A stretch of 64,000 nt of DNA from Octopus sinensis (lineage: Eukaryota), in contig NC_043003.1 of NCBI RefSeq assembly GCF_006345805.1, positions 23,002,001 to 23,066,000 on the forward strand. Reading direction: 5' to 3'. Shown here in pieces: positions 12,979 to 25,530 of the stretch. Numbering within the stretch: position 1 is the stretch's first letter; each line of letters begins with the position of its first letter. The notes under the pieces were generated by a model, which had not been told where the DNA came from, did no database searches, and was given only the letters and a program-made list of their open reading frames with translations. A program made the translations under genes and the position numbers.

Positions 12979-13036
<58 letters not shown>

Positions 13037-13050
13037 CGTATATATGTTTG

Positions 13051-13105
<55 letters not shown>

Positions 13106-13300
13106 TTTATACATATAAATATATATATATATATGTTTGCATGTATGTATATATTATATATATATATATATAATATATATATATAATATATATATATATA
13201 TGTGTGTGTGTGTTTGTATGAATATATAAATATCAATGTATCTCTCTCTCTTTATATATAGTTATGTGTGTGTATATATGTGTATATATATATAATTTCT

Positions 13301-13341
<41 letters not shown>

Positions 13342-13450
13342 ATATATATGTATATATATATATATGAAGTTATATATATTCATACATATATGTTTGTGTA
13401 TATACATATATATACATATATGTGTTTGTATATATATATAGTTTTATATA

Positions 13451-13488
<38 letters not shown>

Positions 13489-14064
13489 TGTATATATAGA
13501 TATACCTATATATACATAAAACACACATATATATATATGTATGTACAAACACATATTTATATAATATGTATACACGTATATATGTGTGTGTGTGTAAATA
13601 TAAAGACATATATACATACAAACACACACAAACACATATGTATATATATATATATACGTACAATAAAACGCTCAAGTAAATCCTTTAATCGTTTCCATTC
13701 AGCTGTTATTATGAGGTAGAATTATAGTGTTTCAGTCGAATACTGAATTATGTTAGGTATTGTGTCCGTTGGTGGCGAGGAAACCGCTGAATCTTCCGCG
13801 ATGCTCATGAGATTCTAGATGAAATTCTGTTGTTTGTTCATCCAGGAAAAGAGGCTTAGACGCGTTACTTTGAGAGATTTGATTAGAGCTCACTTGCTGT
13901 AATCATTGGTCACATAGTAAGCGTTGTGTGTAACCTAGTCAGGATAACTCATCATATCTCATACACACATGCGTGTATGTATGTATGTATGTATGTATGT
14001 ATGTATGTATGTATGTATGTATGTATGTATGTATGCATGTATGTATGTATGTATGCATGTATTC

Positions 14065-14450
14065 TTCTATTCTTTTACTTGCTTCCATCCTTTGACTGCG
14101 ACCATGCTGGAGCACCACCTTTAGTCGAACGAATCGAATTCTTTGCAAGCCTAGCACTTATTCTATCGGTCTCTTTTGCCGAATCACTATATTTACGGGG
14201 ACGTAAGCATACCTACATCGGTTGTCAAGCGATGATGGGAGGAAAAACACAGAAACAGAAATATATCTACACACACTCACACACGACGGGATTCTTTCAG
14301 TTTCTGTGTACCAAATCTACTTACAAGGCTTTGGTGGGCGCGAGGCTATAGCAGATGAAACTTGCCCAAGGTGCCGCGCAGTGTGACTGAATCCGGAACC
14401 ATGTGGTTGGAAAGCAAGCTTCTTACAACATCGCCATGACTGCGACTGTA
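14065..14450 (-). mobile_element. SINE family B, near full length
   Basis: Reverse complement of the 7355-7742 consensus. Confidence 0.85.
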
Positions 14451-14464
14451 TACATACATACATG

Positions 14465-14496
<32 letters not shown>

Positions 14497-14501
<5 letters not shown>

Positions 14502-14788
14502 TAGCTTAATTTAATTTAATTAAGCTGGTCTATCATTAAAGACACTGAAACGATGCATCGTATAAAAGATGAATTAGGGTAAACGTTTTTAAATTTTCAC
14601 CTTATTCCGAATTGCACTATTTGGCGGTTGGAGTTCTGGCTGCTCTTTCTGGTGGACGAATGGCCTGTTTAGGCCATTCCTAAATTGTTATATTTATATA
14701 TATTTAGTCTTTGACTATTTTCTCTTTTCCACTAGGCCGCTGGTAGCGATAAATTTTTACTGAATTTTTTGCTACCCTAAATTGATTA

Positions 14789-14826
<38 letters not shown>

Positions 14827-15123
14827 TATATAGACTAGCTTAATTTAATTTAATTAAGCTGGTCTATCATTAAAGACCTGAAACGATGCATCGTATAAAA
14901 GATGAATTAGGGTAACGTTTTTAAATTTTCACCTTATTCCGAATTGCACTATTTGGCGGTTGGAGTTCTGGCTGCTCTTTCTGGTGGACGAATGGCCTGT
15001 TTAGGCCATTCCTAATTGTTATATTTATATATATTTAGTCTTTGACTATTTTCTCTTTTCACCTAGGCCGCTGGTAGCGATAAATTTTTACTGAATTTTT
15101 TGCTGCACCCTAAATTGATTAAT
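14497..15123. repeat. Tandem duplication of a ~295-bp unit separated by (TA)n
   Basis: 14497-14792 vs 14831-15123 are near identical, differing mainly by 1-2 nt indels. Confidence 0.9.
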
Positions 15124-15126
15124 TTA

Positions 15127-15160
<34 letters not shown>

Positions 15161-15287
15161 CATGACTGTAGAGCACATCATCATCATCGCCATGATCATT
15201 CTTCTTTTTCTTCTCCTTCTTCTCATTATTATCATTATTATTATTATTATTATTAATATTATTACTATTATTATTACTATTATTATT

Positions 15288-15764
15288 GAGTGAGAGAGCA
15301 GAGCATGTCATCAAAGTGACACTGGGGTAAAATATACGAAGCCCAGTATACTCATCATAACTACTCGTCAGAGAAGGGTACACCAAGCGCATGCATCAAG
15401 ACCGTATGTGCGCGATATGGTGATCGCATATCGATACACAGTGTATGACCAGTAGGTGAGGTCCAGTTAGAATTGAGGTCGAGTAGCCCTTTCCGCTCAA
15501 AAGGATTGTTTAAGGATGTTGAACGAAACACCCATGTTTCCAGAGGTGAATTATATAAGCTCCAAAGAATCCATCTCAACACATGGCTATGATGATCCCC
15601 CACGACTTCTGCTCGTGATTAGAGATGTACATATCGTCAGCCACTAAGGGACATACCCAACTGGTTAAGGTCAAACCACTGACAAGCAAATCTGTGGTAT
15701 TGAGCAGAATATTTGCTGTAACCCATCTTTTATACCAAGACAAAACAACGTACATAACACTTCC
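15288..15764 (-). mobile_element. Unclassified non-coding retroposon-like repeat, copy 1 (5'-truncated), in (AAT)n
   Basis: Highly similar to 15838-16388; (AAT)n on both sides; 3'-end fragment also at about 42030-42070. Confidence 0.75.
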
Positions 15765-15837
15765 ATTATTATTATCATTATTATTATTATTACTATTATT
15801 ATTATTATTATCATCATCATCATTATTATTATTGATT

Positions 15838-16386
15838 GAGAGAGCAGTTCATGCCATCAAAGTGACACTGGGGTAAAATATACGAAGCCCAATATACCCA
15901 TCATGACTACCCGTCTGATAAAGGTACACCAGGCACATGCATCACAACCATATGTGCGCGACATGGTGATCTCATATCAAGATAAACAGCACATGACCTT
16001 GCAGGTGGGGCCCAGTTAGAATTTTCTTCAGGTTGAGTAGCCCTCCCGCTCAAACGGTCCCTGAATAAGGGTTGTTTAAGGATGTTGAAAGAACCACCCA
16101 TGTTTCCAGAGGTGACTATTCAAACCTCAAAGAATCCCTCTCAACACATGGCTATGATGCTCCCCCACTACTTCTGCTCGTGATCAGAGATGCACATATC
16201 GTCAGCCACTAAGGGACATGCTCAACTGGTTATGGTCAAAACAACTGACAAGCAAATCTGTGGTATTGAGCAGAATATTTGCTGTAGCCCATCTTTTATA
16301 CCAAGACAAAACAATGTACATGATAACACTTCCAATCAGTTAAGATCAGAAGCCATGAGAGCCACTGCCTGGTACTGCATCAGGGC

Positions 16387-16388
<2 letters not shown>
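15838..16388 (-). mobile_element. Unclassified non-coding retroposon-like repeat, copy 2 (about 550 bp), in (AAT)n
   Basis: Aligns with copy 1 and extends about 60 bp further 5'; flanked by (AAT)n. Confidence 0.75.
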
Positions 16389-16434
<46 letters not shown>

Positions 16435-16687
16435 CATCATTGTTGTTGTTGTTGCTGTTTTTATCATTATTGTAATAAATGTGGCAAGCAGGCAGTATCA
16501 TTAGCGCTTCGAACAAAATACTTAACTGCATTTCTTCCGGCTTTTGAAATTCTGACCTCGAATACCACTGAGGTGAATTTTGGATTTCATTCTTTCAAAG
16601 GTCGAGAAAATAAAGTACCCGTCAAGTACGAGGATCGATGGTACCGGCTTATGTTTTGTCCAGATGAAAAGTTACAGTTGCTACCGC

Positions 16688-16689
16688 CA

Positions 16690-16749
<60 letters not shown>
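16688..16749 (+). repeat. (CTA)n microsatellite
   Basis: Perfect tandem run. Confidence 0.95.
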
Positions 16750-19254
16750 GTGTTGCTTTCTATCGGCGTTTTTAATGCAGCAACATGTGAAGTGACTTCA
16801 CGCGACTTTTTAAAAAGTATTTGATTCCTTCATTTCTGAATAAGAATTGCATACCTTTGTGCATCATCTGCAGTAGAGAATATGCATGTCTTTAATCATA
16901 GTTATTGTTTACTCATAATTTCATATGGCTTCTTGTGAACCAACAACAATAGCTAATAATATTTCCCCTCACAAAAGAAAAATTTCCTGCGAAAAATTAA
17001 AAGGAATTTCAAATGACGAATGTACAGAGGAAAAAGAATATAATATAAATAGAACCAATTGGAACATTAGTTGTTTTTTTTTGTTAGCAAATAAATAATA
17101 TCGATACTTCCAGTAACGTTTGTAATAAGATCATTTATAACGGTTTTGTTAGTATTGCTAATCTGGGTGTTGTGATCAATATCGTTAAGTTTCTAGGAAC
17201 GAAAACAAAAACTAGATTACGAAAGAGGTAGTAACACACACACACAGAAAACGGCAAGAAAGAGATTTCCCAAATGGAAAGGGTGTCTACACAGTCTATA
17301 TATCCCGAATTCGTAGTTACAGGAACCTCTGGCCGATATTGAGCTCGCTGTTTGCTCCTGCGTTCAAGGTGGAACATACTTGCTTATTTTGACTGCGGAA
17401 AGGTTAAGGCGACAGCCTGATTGGTGCGTCATGCAACTTCCCAGAATCTGGCGTCACAATGCATAGACAGAATACAACGTGAGTACTACAACTAAAGCTT
17501 TTGGTACAACTCTTGAGTCTTGGCTCGATCGTAACCTCGCAGCACACTACAGGTGATTTCCGAGCGCGAAAATGACACGAAACAAACATTACACAAGTTC
17601 TATTCACATGTATATACAAGTCCTGGTGAAGGCCGAGGACCACAAAAAGCATTTCTTCTGCTTTAATGAGCCAGAAGAAATAATGTTTAATAATGTTTAT
17701 TTTTTAAGACATAGCATTTAAAATATTAGAACACGCTTTTTTAAAAACTGTATTACTTTATTCAATAGATTTTTTCCGTTAAAATTGTAAGCGGCTGGAA
17801 ATTATAAGACCATATTCAATAGCAACTATTATGCACACCATCACATGGCCCAGTCCTTGCTAAGGCGCAGTGGATTATGTGCCGCAATAACCTTGAGAGC
17901 AGTGCCAACAGAGCGTAGGATCCTGGTAACGTCTCTCATGCTCGGCAGGTTAAAGAATGGAGTTAATATTAATATGGACCACCACTTCCCAGACGTAAAA
18001 ATGGGTTTTCGTACAACTCTAGTAAAAATGCTAAACTACAGAACCATCAATGGCAATTCTAAAGCAACTGGACCTGGCTTTCTGATGTCTTGCTTGTTGT
18101 AATTAACGCATTATATCCTGCTTTGGAGAGAAATAGGAAAGTCAATCCAGCGTCAAGAAGAATAGAGAAATGTCGTCGATACCGTATGCTCCATGGGGAG
18201 CAAAGCGCTGAAGTTACTAATAAATTATACACAATATACAACTGCTTGGCTTTGCACGAAAACAGTACCATGTTTTGTACTTTCACATTAGCAGGGCGAC
18301 AATAATAATACCTGTATATCGGCGCTCATCGTGGTCAAATCACTGAACAAGTTATACAAATGTAATTTGAACTTAACCAAATATTTCCAAGAAAGATAGG
18401 ATTAAAAAAAATATTGAGATTGTTGTTAAACATTTACAAGAACGATAGAAAAACTTAAGAGCGAAATAAGTTAGATCAAAAACATTTACGTGATGATCAA
18501 TTTCCTTCATTTTTCTCCGAAACATGGATTCAAACTTATAAATTATTAAAACAACTTAAGAAATATCAAAATATACGAATAAACATTAAAATAAATTTGA
18601 TCGAAATTTATTGAAATATGAAAAGGAAACGAAAACATTAGTGAAGTGAACTTTGAAGCATTTATATGAAAGCTCGAAATATATAAATAGAAAAATAATT
18701 CTTTGAAAAGGAAACGAACAAATTATTGGAATAATTTTGTAACATGGCAGGTTATAAAATAGTAAAATGTGAAGATATTTTGATTTGATTTTCTTGTTTA
18801 CAAGTGAACAATACTGTCATTCCAGAGACATGAGTGGATGTGAACCAGATGGGAAATAAATATTCAAAGATAGGAACACAAAATAGAGAGTCAGTGTCAG
18901 AGCGAGTGTGAGCTAAAAATAAAAAGGGGGAGAGAGAAGGACACAGAAGAAAGAAAGGGAGGCCTAAATGTATTATTAGTGGAAGGTATGAATGTGGTTT
19001 CGTTTCCTTTCTTAGTTTCGTTTCTGCCTGTGTTATTAGTGTTCATGTTCGGAGTTAACCCTCAGACGACTACATACGAAGTGAGAACTCCAGTATTGCC
19101 AGATTACAGAGTGTCAATTAGACGGTTTGTTGTGGTTATCTGATTTGTTCAATTCACTTGGCGATTTTCTGTAACTCAGGAGGACGGCATTTTATATCTG
19201 GTCCATTAATCTGATTCGGGTATTTTCTTCTAATATTATTTATACACCAAAACT

Positions 19255-19435
19255 TAAATATTGATTTCAAGTTTTGCTACAAGGCCAGCAGTTTCGGTGG
19301 GAGGGTATAAGTCGATTACAACAACCCCAGTGCTCAACTGGTACTAATTTTAACGACCCCGAAAGGATAAAAGGCAAAGTCGACCTCGGGGGAATTTGAA
19401 CTCTGGACGTAAAGACAGACAAAATGTCACTAAAC
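19255..19435 (-). mobile_element. SINE family A
   Basis: gtcgattaca..accccagtg..caactggtact...gaccccgaaaggat.aaaggcaaagtcgacctcgg. Confidence 0.85.
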
Positions 19436-19494
19436 AATGAGATTTAAATATTACTTTTTAAAATTTTCTCTCGAAGGTTTGATATTTTATTTAA

Positions 19495-19880
19495 TACTAG
19501 CAGTATCACCCGGCGTTGCTCGGGTTTGTAAGGGAAATAACTATAAAGCATTTTTAGAGAGTTATAGCCAAAAAATAGCAAAAAAATGGAAAAAAAATTA
19601 TGGTAAATTTTTTTTGAGAGTTAAAAAGGTGGAGTTGCGTCCCCTAGACAGTCTGTGGTTTGTGTTTCTGATTCTCGACCCCATGTCGAATTTATCGATT
19701 TTTTTCAGAACTGGGGGAACTTTTCAAAATTTTCGCTGCGTTCGTTTTGAATTATGACATTGGGCTATGTGTGTGTCAAGTTTCATCAGAATCGGTTGAA
19801 AGCCGTGGTCAGGGTGAGGGTACAACCAAACAGACACACAGAAACACACACAGACAAACTGCCGTTTATATATAGAGAGA
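19495..19880 (+). mobile_element. Non-autonomous Helitron-like element, copy 3 (alternative 3' module)
   Basis: Shares the first ~130 bp with 2845/5534; ends cagacacacag...aaactgccgtttatatatagagagat, like Lep1/HINE 3' ends. Confidence 0.65.
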
Positions 19881-19984
19881 TAGGAAATTTTCTTGTAATA
19901 GAAATTGCAGGAATGTTTCCATTTAATATTTTTGTGGCTGTGATTTACAATAAAATATGAAATTCTAAGATTAGTATTCTGTTG

Positions 19985-20240
19985 TGTCTGGAGAGTCATT
20001 TTCTTTTTGTGCGTTATAATTTAACACACTCACCGGTAAAATTTCAACTTATTTCTATTTTTATTTTCCTAAAATTTTCATTGTGTCTTGCAACCTTTTC
20101 AATAATCTATTTTTTATACTGTTGACACATGGCCTAAAAACAATTTGGCTTGTCAATTTCATCTCCCTCAATGCTCAGCTGGTACTTATTTTATCGATCA
20201 CAAAAAAAGGTGACAGTCAATAGACTATTGAAAAGGTATA
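19985..20240. mobile_element. Partial copy of the MITE at 21504-21733
   Basis: ggagagtcattttctttttgtgc.ttataatttaacacactcacc shared. Confidence 0.7.
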
Positions 20241-20476
20241 TATATATATAAGAAGCAAATGTCTTTCCCGTACCATATACTGTTTCCCAGATTCTATAGG
20301 GTATATATTTTTCCACTCACGAATGGGACACTAGTCCGTTACAAGATTAGTAACGACTCTCAGTTAAGGGCAGTGTCCTAGCCATTAAGCCACACCTCCT
20401 ATATATATATATATAAATTACAGAATGAGATAAAAAAAATCCAAGGTCGTAAATATTTCACAACATTTATATATAT

Positions 20477-20524
20477 GTCTTACATCTGTTTCCGGGATAT
20501 CTTATATATCCCTTCATCAGAGAC
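20477..20524 (-). ncRNA. Minimal type I hammerhead-ribozyme motif (Penelope-like pLTR fragment)
   Basis: Minus strand gtct-CTGATGA-a-GGGATAT-ataag-ATATCCC-g-GAAAC-agat-GTA-agac. Confidence 0.65.
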
Positions 20525-21503
20525 GGTGTGAGAAGATGGTTAAGCAATAGTTGTTCCAGATTAGATATGAAATAGAGAGTGAAATGGAGGAATGAAAACA
20601 GATGTGAGATATGTAGGGATGTTGTATCTTCAGTTCCCTTATTTAGGCAGAATGGCATGCGTATAAGATTCATGTACCCTGAGATTAAGTTTCAGTAGTA
20701 TTTAAAATTGTTCATTCCAAGCATAGAGTTTGTAAATGGTGTTACTGAATCGAGAATTTTAATGTATATACATGCATAGATGCATACATACACCGTCTCT
20801 TTCTCTATTGGCAAGAAATCTTGAAATAAAACTAAACAATGACATTCATACAGCACATACAAGTTCATACAAATGCATCTAGATTAACGTATGTTCAATA
20901 CGCCTTTGCAAATTTTCCGCCCACTAAATTTGATTCCGAATGAACTTATTAGACTTGATGTTAAAGTAGACAATGTCAATAAACCGGAAAACACTACGTA
21001 GTTTTTACAATCGAACATGATAGTAGTAAACATATGATGAGATAAAATCTTATAGAATAATATTGAGAATTTATGTAGTAATAAATCCTAAATGCCAGTA
21101 ATGTTGGCGACAAAAGCCTGCAATAAAATATATATTATATATGACATATAATATTGCATATTGGCGGTGGGAACGGTTCTTTATAAATCACGAGAGACCG
21201 AAGTCGTCAAAGAATCTAAGAATTTGAAAGAAAAAATGTAATATCATTTGAGCAATAGGATATTAATGAAACAATATATATTAATAGGACGTGAATGAAG
21301 CAATGACTACTTTAGCATTTCCAGTTTAATAATAATCTATATTCTGCTTGTTTTCTTAATTGATACCATTCGATCCGGTTTCACGTCCGACTAATTTTAC
21401 CTGTAGCGTTCTAATAAGAAAACAGTACTTACCTTTCGTTTTTGAATTTGGTTTGCAAGATTCTTTATATGAGTTCGTGAGTTGAAGCATATTCTGCTGT
21501 GTC

Positions 21504-21733
21504 TGTGGAGAGTCATTTTCTTTTTGTGCCCTATAATTTAACACAATCACCAGCAAAATTTCCACTTATTTCTTATTTTTATTTTCCTAAAATTTTCTTT
21601 GCGTCTTGCGACCTAAAACTTTCGTTGCGTCTTGCAACCTTTTCAATAGTCTTGACTATAAAAAGAAATAACTGGAAATTATACCGGTGAGTGTGTTAAA
21701 TTATAAGGCACACAAAGAAAATGACTCTCCCCA
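21504..21733. mobile_element. MITE / foldback element with ~70-bp terminal inverted repeats
   Basis: ggagagtcattttctttttgtgccctataatttaacac at left; gtgttaaattataaggcacacaaagaaaatgactctcc at right. Confidence 0.8.
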
Positions 21734-22904
21734 GTCACAACAAAGTACTTATCATTAAACAGTATTGAATGAGCATAAACATTCGACATCCCTCTTGTTG
21801 TTATCGCTAAACTCCAGGTTAATCCTCATACTGTACATTTATAATCGTATATTTTCCAGTCGCGAACATTTCGTCTTTTTGTGTGGACACTGTACATCGT
21901 CTCCTATTTGCATTTTCTAGTGCATCCGTTTATATTTAAGAAAGGTTGTGATAGCATGAATATTTGACTGTTATTTCTACCAGTTCGTGTGTATCAGCTG
22001 TTTTCTTAAATAGTACGTTGGTTTTCTTAAAGAGAACTCCCGATTTTGTTTGTTTATACAGTTTAGAGAAACGAGCAATAAACCTTAGAATTCTATGCGT
22101 TCATATATCTTTATGGCGCAGTTGTATTCGTAAATACAACAGGATCAAACCTGAATAAAAAGAACAAGATCAAAACAGAAACAAAAATAAAATTCGAGTT
22201 CTGTGTTAAACATTAATAGTTAAATCAGTAAAACAATGCATGAACTAAAAATATAAAGCAAAAATAAATAAAATGCGAGACAGGTGTCAACAAAAGGAAC
22301 CAGATATTGCTTGACAGCATGAAATGTATGTATGACCCGGAAAGCGTAAGTTCGATAGCCTGAAAATAATTTAAGGGGATATAGCGGAAATAAAGACAGA
22401 GAAAAAACGAAAAGCAATGGGATGAAATCAATAACCAAAAAATTTCCTCTTGTTTGTGTAACTTTCATGTGCAGCTTGACTTGACTATGATTGAAAGCCG
22501 CGTAAGATGTAATGTGTATGCACAACAACGATAATAAATCAACAGAATTCAGATATCTCCGAAATGCATAAATACCACCGCCGTTACGCAGTCAGAGAAA
22601 GATATGGAGACGCTAAAGTTAATTCACTTGGAACTGAAAGGCTCCTCCATGAACACAAGGCATTTCTTAAAAAGGACAAAATAAAAAGCAATTTGTTTTA
22701 TTACATATAATCTACGCTTGTACCGCGCTAACATAGTTGTGTGGGCTGGAAATTCCCTTCGAAACCAGTCAGTTTTGTGTTGAGTCTCATTGCGAGGCAT
22801 ACTGGTCACGTGTCTACTACTGTACTTCCGAGTGAATGAATTTTGGTAGTTGGAAATTGAGTGGAAGCGTGTCATGTTGACATATGCATGAATGAGAGCG
22901 TTTG

Positions 22905-23092
22905 TCAATTGCATGCCATCCACACACCGCTTGACAACCGATGTTAGTTTGTTGATGGCCCCTAACAAGCCCCGATAGAATGCGTACTAAAGTAAAAAAT
23001 AGGAAAGTACTTAGGTGTATTTCATGGACTAAACCCTTCAACGCGTTGCTCCAGCTTAGCCTCAGTCCAATGACAGAAACAAGTAAAAGATC
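22905..23092 (+). mobile_element. SINE family B, 3' half
   Basis: cgcttgacaaccgatgtt...ccgatagaat...aaacccttcaa.gcg.tgctccagc. Confidence 0.75.
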
Positions 23093-23879
23093 TTAATGTA
23101 CAATGAAGAAAATATATTCAGAAGAATATATACCGAGTCACACGGTACATTAGATATAACAGCTAAATCGCTACCGAAACACAACTGTCCATCTTACAAC
23201 CGATATGAAACTTTGGTTAATTTTAAGTTACTTGCAGTGAACGACTCCATAATGACATATGGGGTCATTTGTAAAAAAAGAAAATAGATCAAGAAACTAT
23301 TTCTGCCTTGAGCCAATAGCTTCAATAGGAGGAACGTTTTTGAATTTTTAAGGGTTTTAGGATATAACTGCAGGATTGCCCTAACGGAAGGCAATGCCAG
23401 TCCAGCATAGGTTTAACACCCAGGTGCCACTAATATTTTTTTAACACTGCGTGTAGAGGAACAGCATGAAATGATGTGCTTTATTGAAGGGCACAATGCA
23501 AAGACCAGTCACAGAAACGAACTGCGTCCTACTGAAAGTGAGTTCACCACCTTAATCCCTAGGGAATAAGCTTCCATTAAAACCTATTTAGCGTCTCAAC
23601 AATGAAAAATGAGGCTGGAATTTCTATAGTCACATACTCGATAAAGACTGGCCTGCTGTTAAACAACAGCTGTACAAGGAATATTATAATATAAAGCAAA
23701 ATAAATCAAATGTATGAAATGAGGCAATGATGTATTCATAATTTTTGTACGAAATTTAAAATCTTGTCGATGATAAATAATAGAGTTACATCTTAAGTAT
23801 TTACAGACGAAATAAGAAACAGAAAGCATAATAGTTGTAGCTCAATACTGGCGTCATCCGGTGAATCCCTATGAAAATA

Positions 23880-24105
23880 TGTAATAATAAAAATAATAAA
23901 TGCGCCCTGTTAAAGCCTAGCCAGGCTCATGGGCCCGGTTTCCCGGTTTCAATGGCGTATGTGTTCCCCAGCGGAGTGGACTGGAGCAACGTGAAATGAG
24001 GTGTTTTGCTCAAGAACACAACGCGTCGCCCGGTCCAGGAATCGAAACCACAATCTTACGATCATGATGCTGACACTCTAACCACTAAGGCTCGCGCCTC
24101 CACAT
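23880..24105 (-). mobile_element. tRNA-derived SINE family D (third tail type)
   Basis: Minus head ggaggcgcgagccttagtggttagagtgtcagcatcatgatcgtaagattgtggtttcgattcc; central ttgagcaaaacacc..atttcacgttgctccagtcc. Confidence 0.8.
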
Positions 24106-24112
24106 GAAAATA

Positions 24113-24298
24113 TGTTTCAAATTTTGGCACAAGACCAGCAAGCTCCATGGAAGGAATAAATGGATTATATCGACCACCGTGCCCAACTGGAACTTGTTTT
24201 ATCGACTCCAAAGGATAAAAGGCCAAGTCAACCTCGTCGGAAATTGAACTCAAAATTTTTGGCCAATGTGCTAACGACTCTGCTAGTTCGCAGCCTTA
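24113..24298 (-). mobile_element. SINE family A, degraded
   Basis: ttcaaattttggcacaagaccagc...aaggataaaaggccaagtcaacctcgtcggaaattgaactc. Confidence 0.75.
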
Positions 24299-24854
24299 GT
24301 CCCTACGAAAATATTACCGTAACAAAATCATAAAACATTGAAAGCCACTACCTGAACTTTGACCGCCGACCATCCATGAAATTGATAACGTAAATACAAA
24401 TTTTTGTATCTAGAACTGGAAGCACAATGCGACAGATTTATAATGAAGAGGATAATTGATTTAATTGATTAAATCGACTCCAGATTACAACCCAGTATTA
24501 GTGTTATCCAAAATGTCCCCAAGAAAATTATTTAAAGTATCAAAGATAGCACCTTAAGTTTGATCTCCAGCCTTTCATGTCATTTCTAGTGAAAGCATTA
24601 AGTATTTTTAGCGCAGAATGCACAGTGCAAGAAACGACAGAGTTCAATCGATTAAATCGAAACCGATACTTGATTAGAACTTCATTTCATTGACCTCTGA
24701 ATGGCTGAGAGGCAAAATTGACCACTGGGTGACTTAAATTCACTCAAAGTATAGGGAGTTTGGACGAATTTCACCTGAGAATAGCATACGACGCTCGAAT
24801 AGTTCCGCTGATTTGACACCATAACGCAAAGTTAATGGAATGCATAATGAATGA

Positions 24855-25062
24855 ATGTTTCGAATTTTGACACCAGGTCAGCAATCGTTAACGGAGGATT
24901 AGTCGATAAGATCAATCCCCGTGATACTTTATTTCATGGACATCGAAAGGGTGAAGGTAAAGTTGATATCGGACACATTTGAACTCAGAATCTAAAGACC
25001 CAGAAGAAATGCTGCTAAGCATTTTGTTCAACGAGGTAACAATTCTGTCAGCTTGCCGCCTT
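24855..25062 (-). mobile_element. SINE family A, degraded
   Basis: tttcgaattttgacaccagg...atttgaactcagaat...cagcttgccgcc. Confidence 0.75.
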
Positions 25063-25139
25063 AATACTTAATGTAATACAAATATCTCATCAATATCAAT
25101 AATGTAGATAATAATGATATACCTCAATCAAGGTTATAT

Positions 25140-25530
25140 TTGTTTCAAATTTTGGCACAAGGCCAGCGAGTGTGGGAGAAGGGTAATTCGATACTCAGAT
25201 CTAAACTAGTACTTATTTTATCGTTCCCGAAAGGATGAAAGGTAAAGTCAACCTTGGTGGAATTTGAACTCAGAACGGAAAGACAGACGAAATACCTATT
25301 TCTTTATTACCCACAAGGGGCTAAACACAGATGGGACAAACAAGGACAGACATAGGTATTAGGTCGATTACATCGACCCCAGTGCGTAACTGGTACTTAA
25401 TTTATCGACCCCGAAAGGATGAAAGGCAAAGTCGACCTCGGCGGAATTTGAACTCACAACGTAACGCAGACGAAATACCGATAAGCATTTTTCCCGGCGT
25501 GCTAATGATTCTGCCATCTCATCGCCTTAC
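25140..25530 (-). mobile_element. Dimeric SINE family A (extended-tail copy followed by a partial copy)
   Basis: Two consecutive gtc.acct.gg.ggaatttgaactc blocks; extended tail at 25306-25365. Confidence 0.85.

Noticed and set aside
12235-13719. Many 60-160 aa ORFs rich in YI/CV/HT/SIYL/MYVC (also at 26.2, 28.1, 32-33, 37, 40.5, 53-54.7 and 61.7 kb)
   Set aside because: Translations of (TA)n, (CA)n, (TATC)n and (TATG)n microsatellites, which contain no stop codons; not genes
13847-13916. Segment with good acceptor and donor (ccag|...CATA|gtaagc)
   Set aside because: Stops in all three frames; could only be a UTR exon, with no other support
16330-16388. Slight resemblance to U2 snRNA segments
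   Set aside because: Only short, discontinuous matches; no Sm site or branch-point recognition sequence
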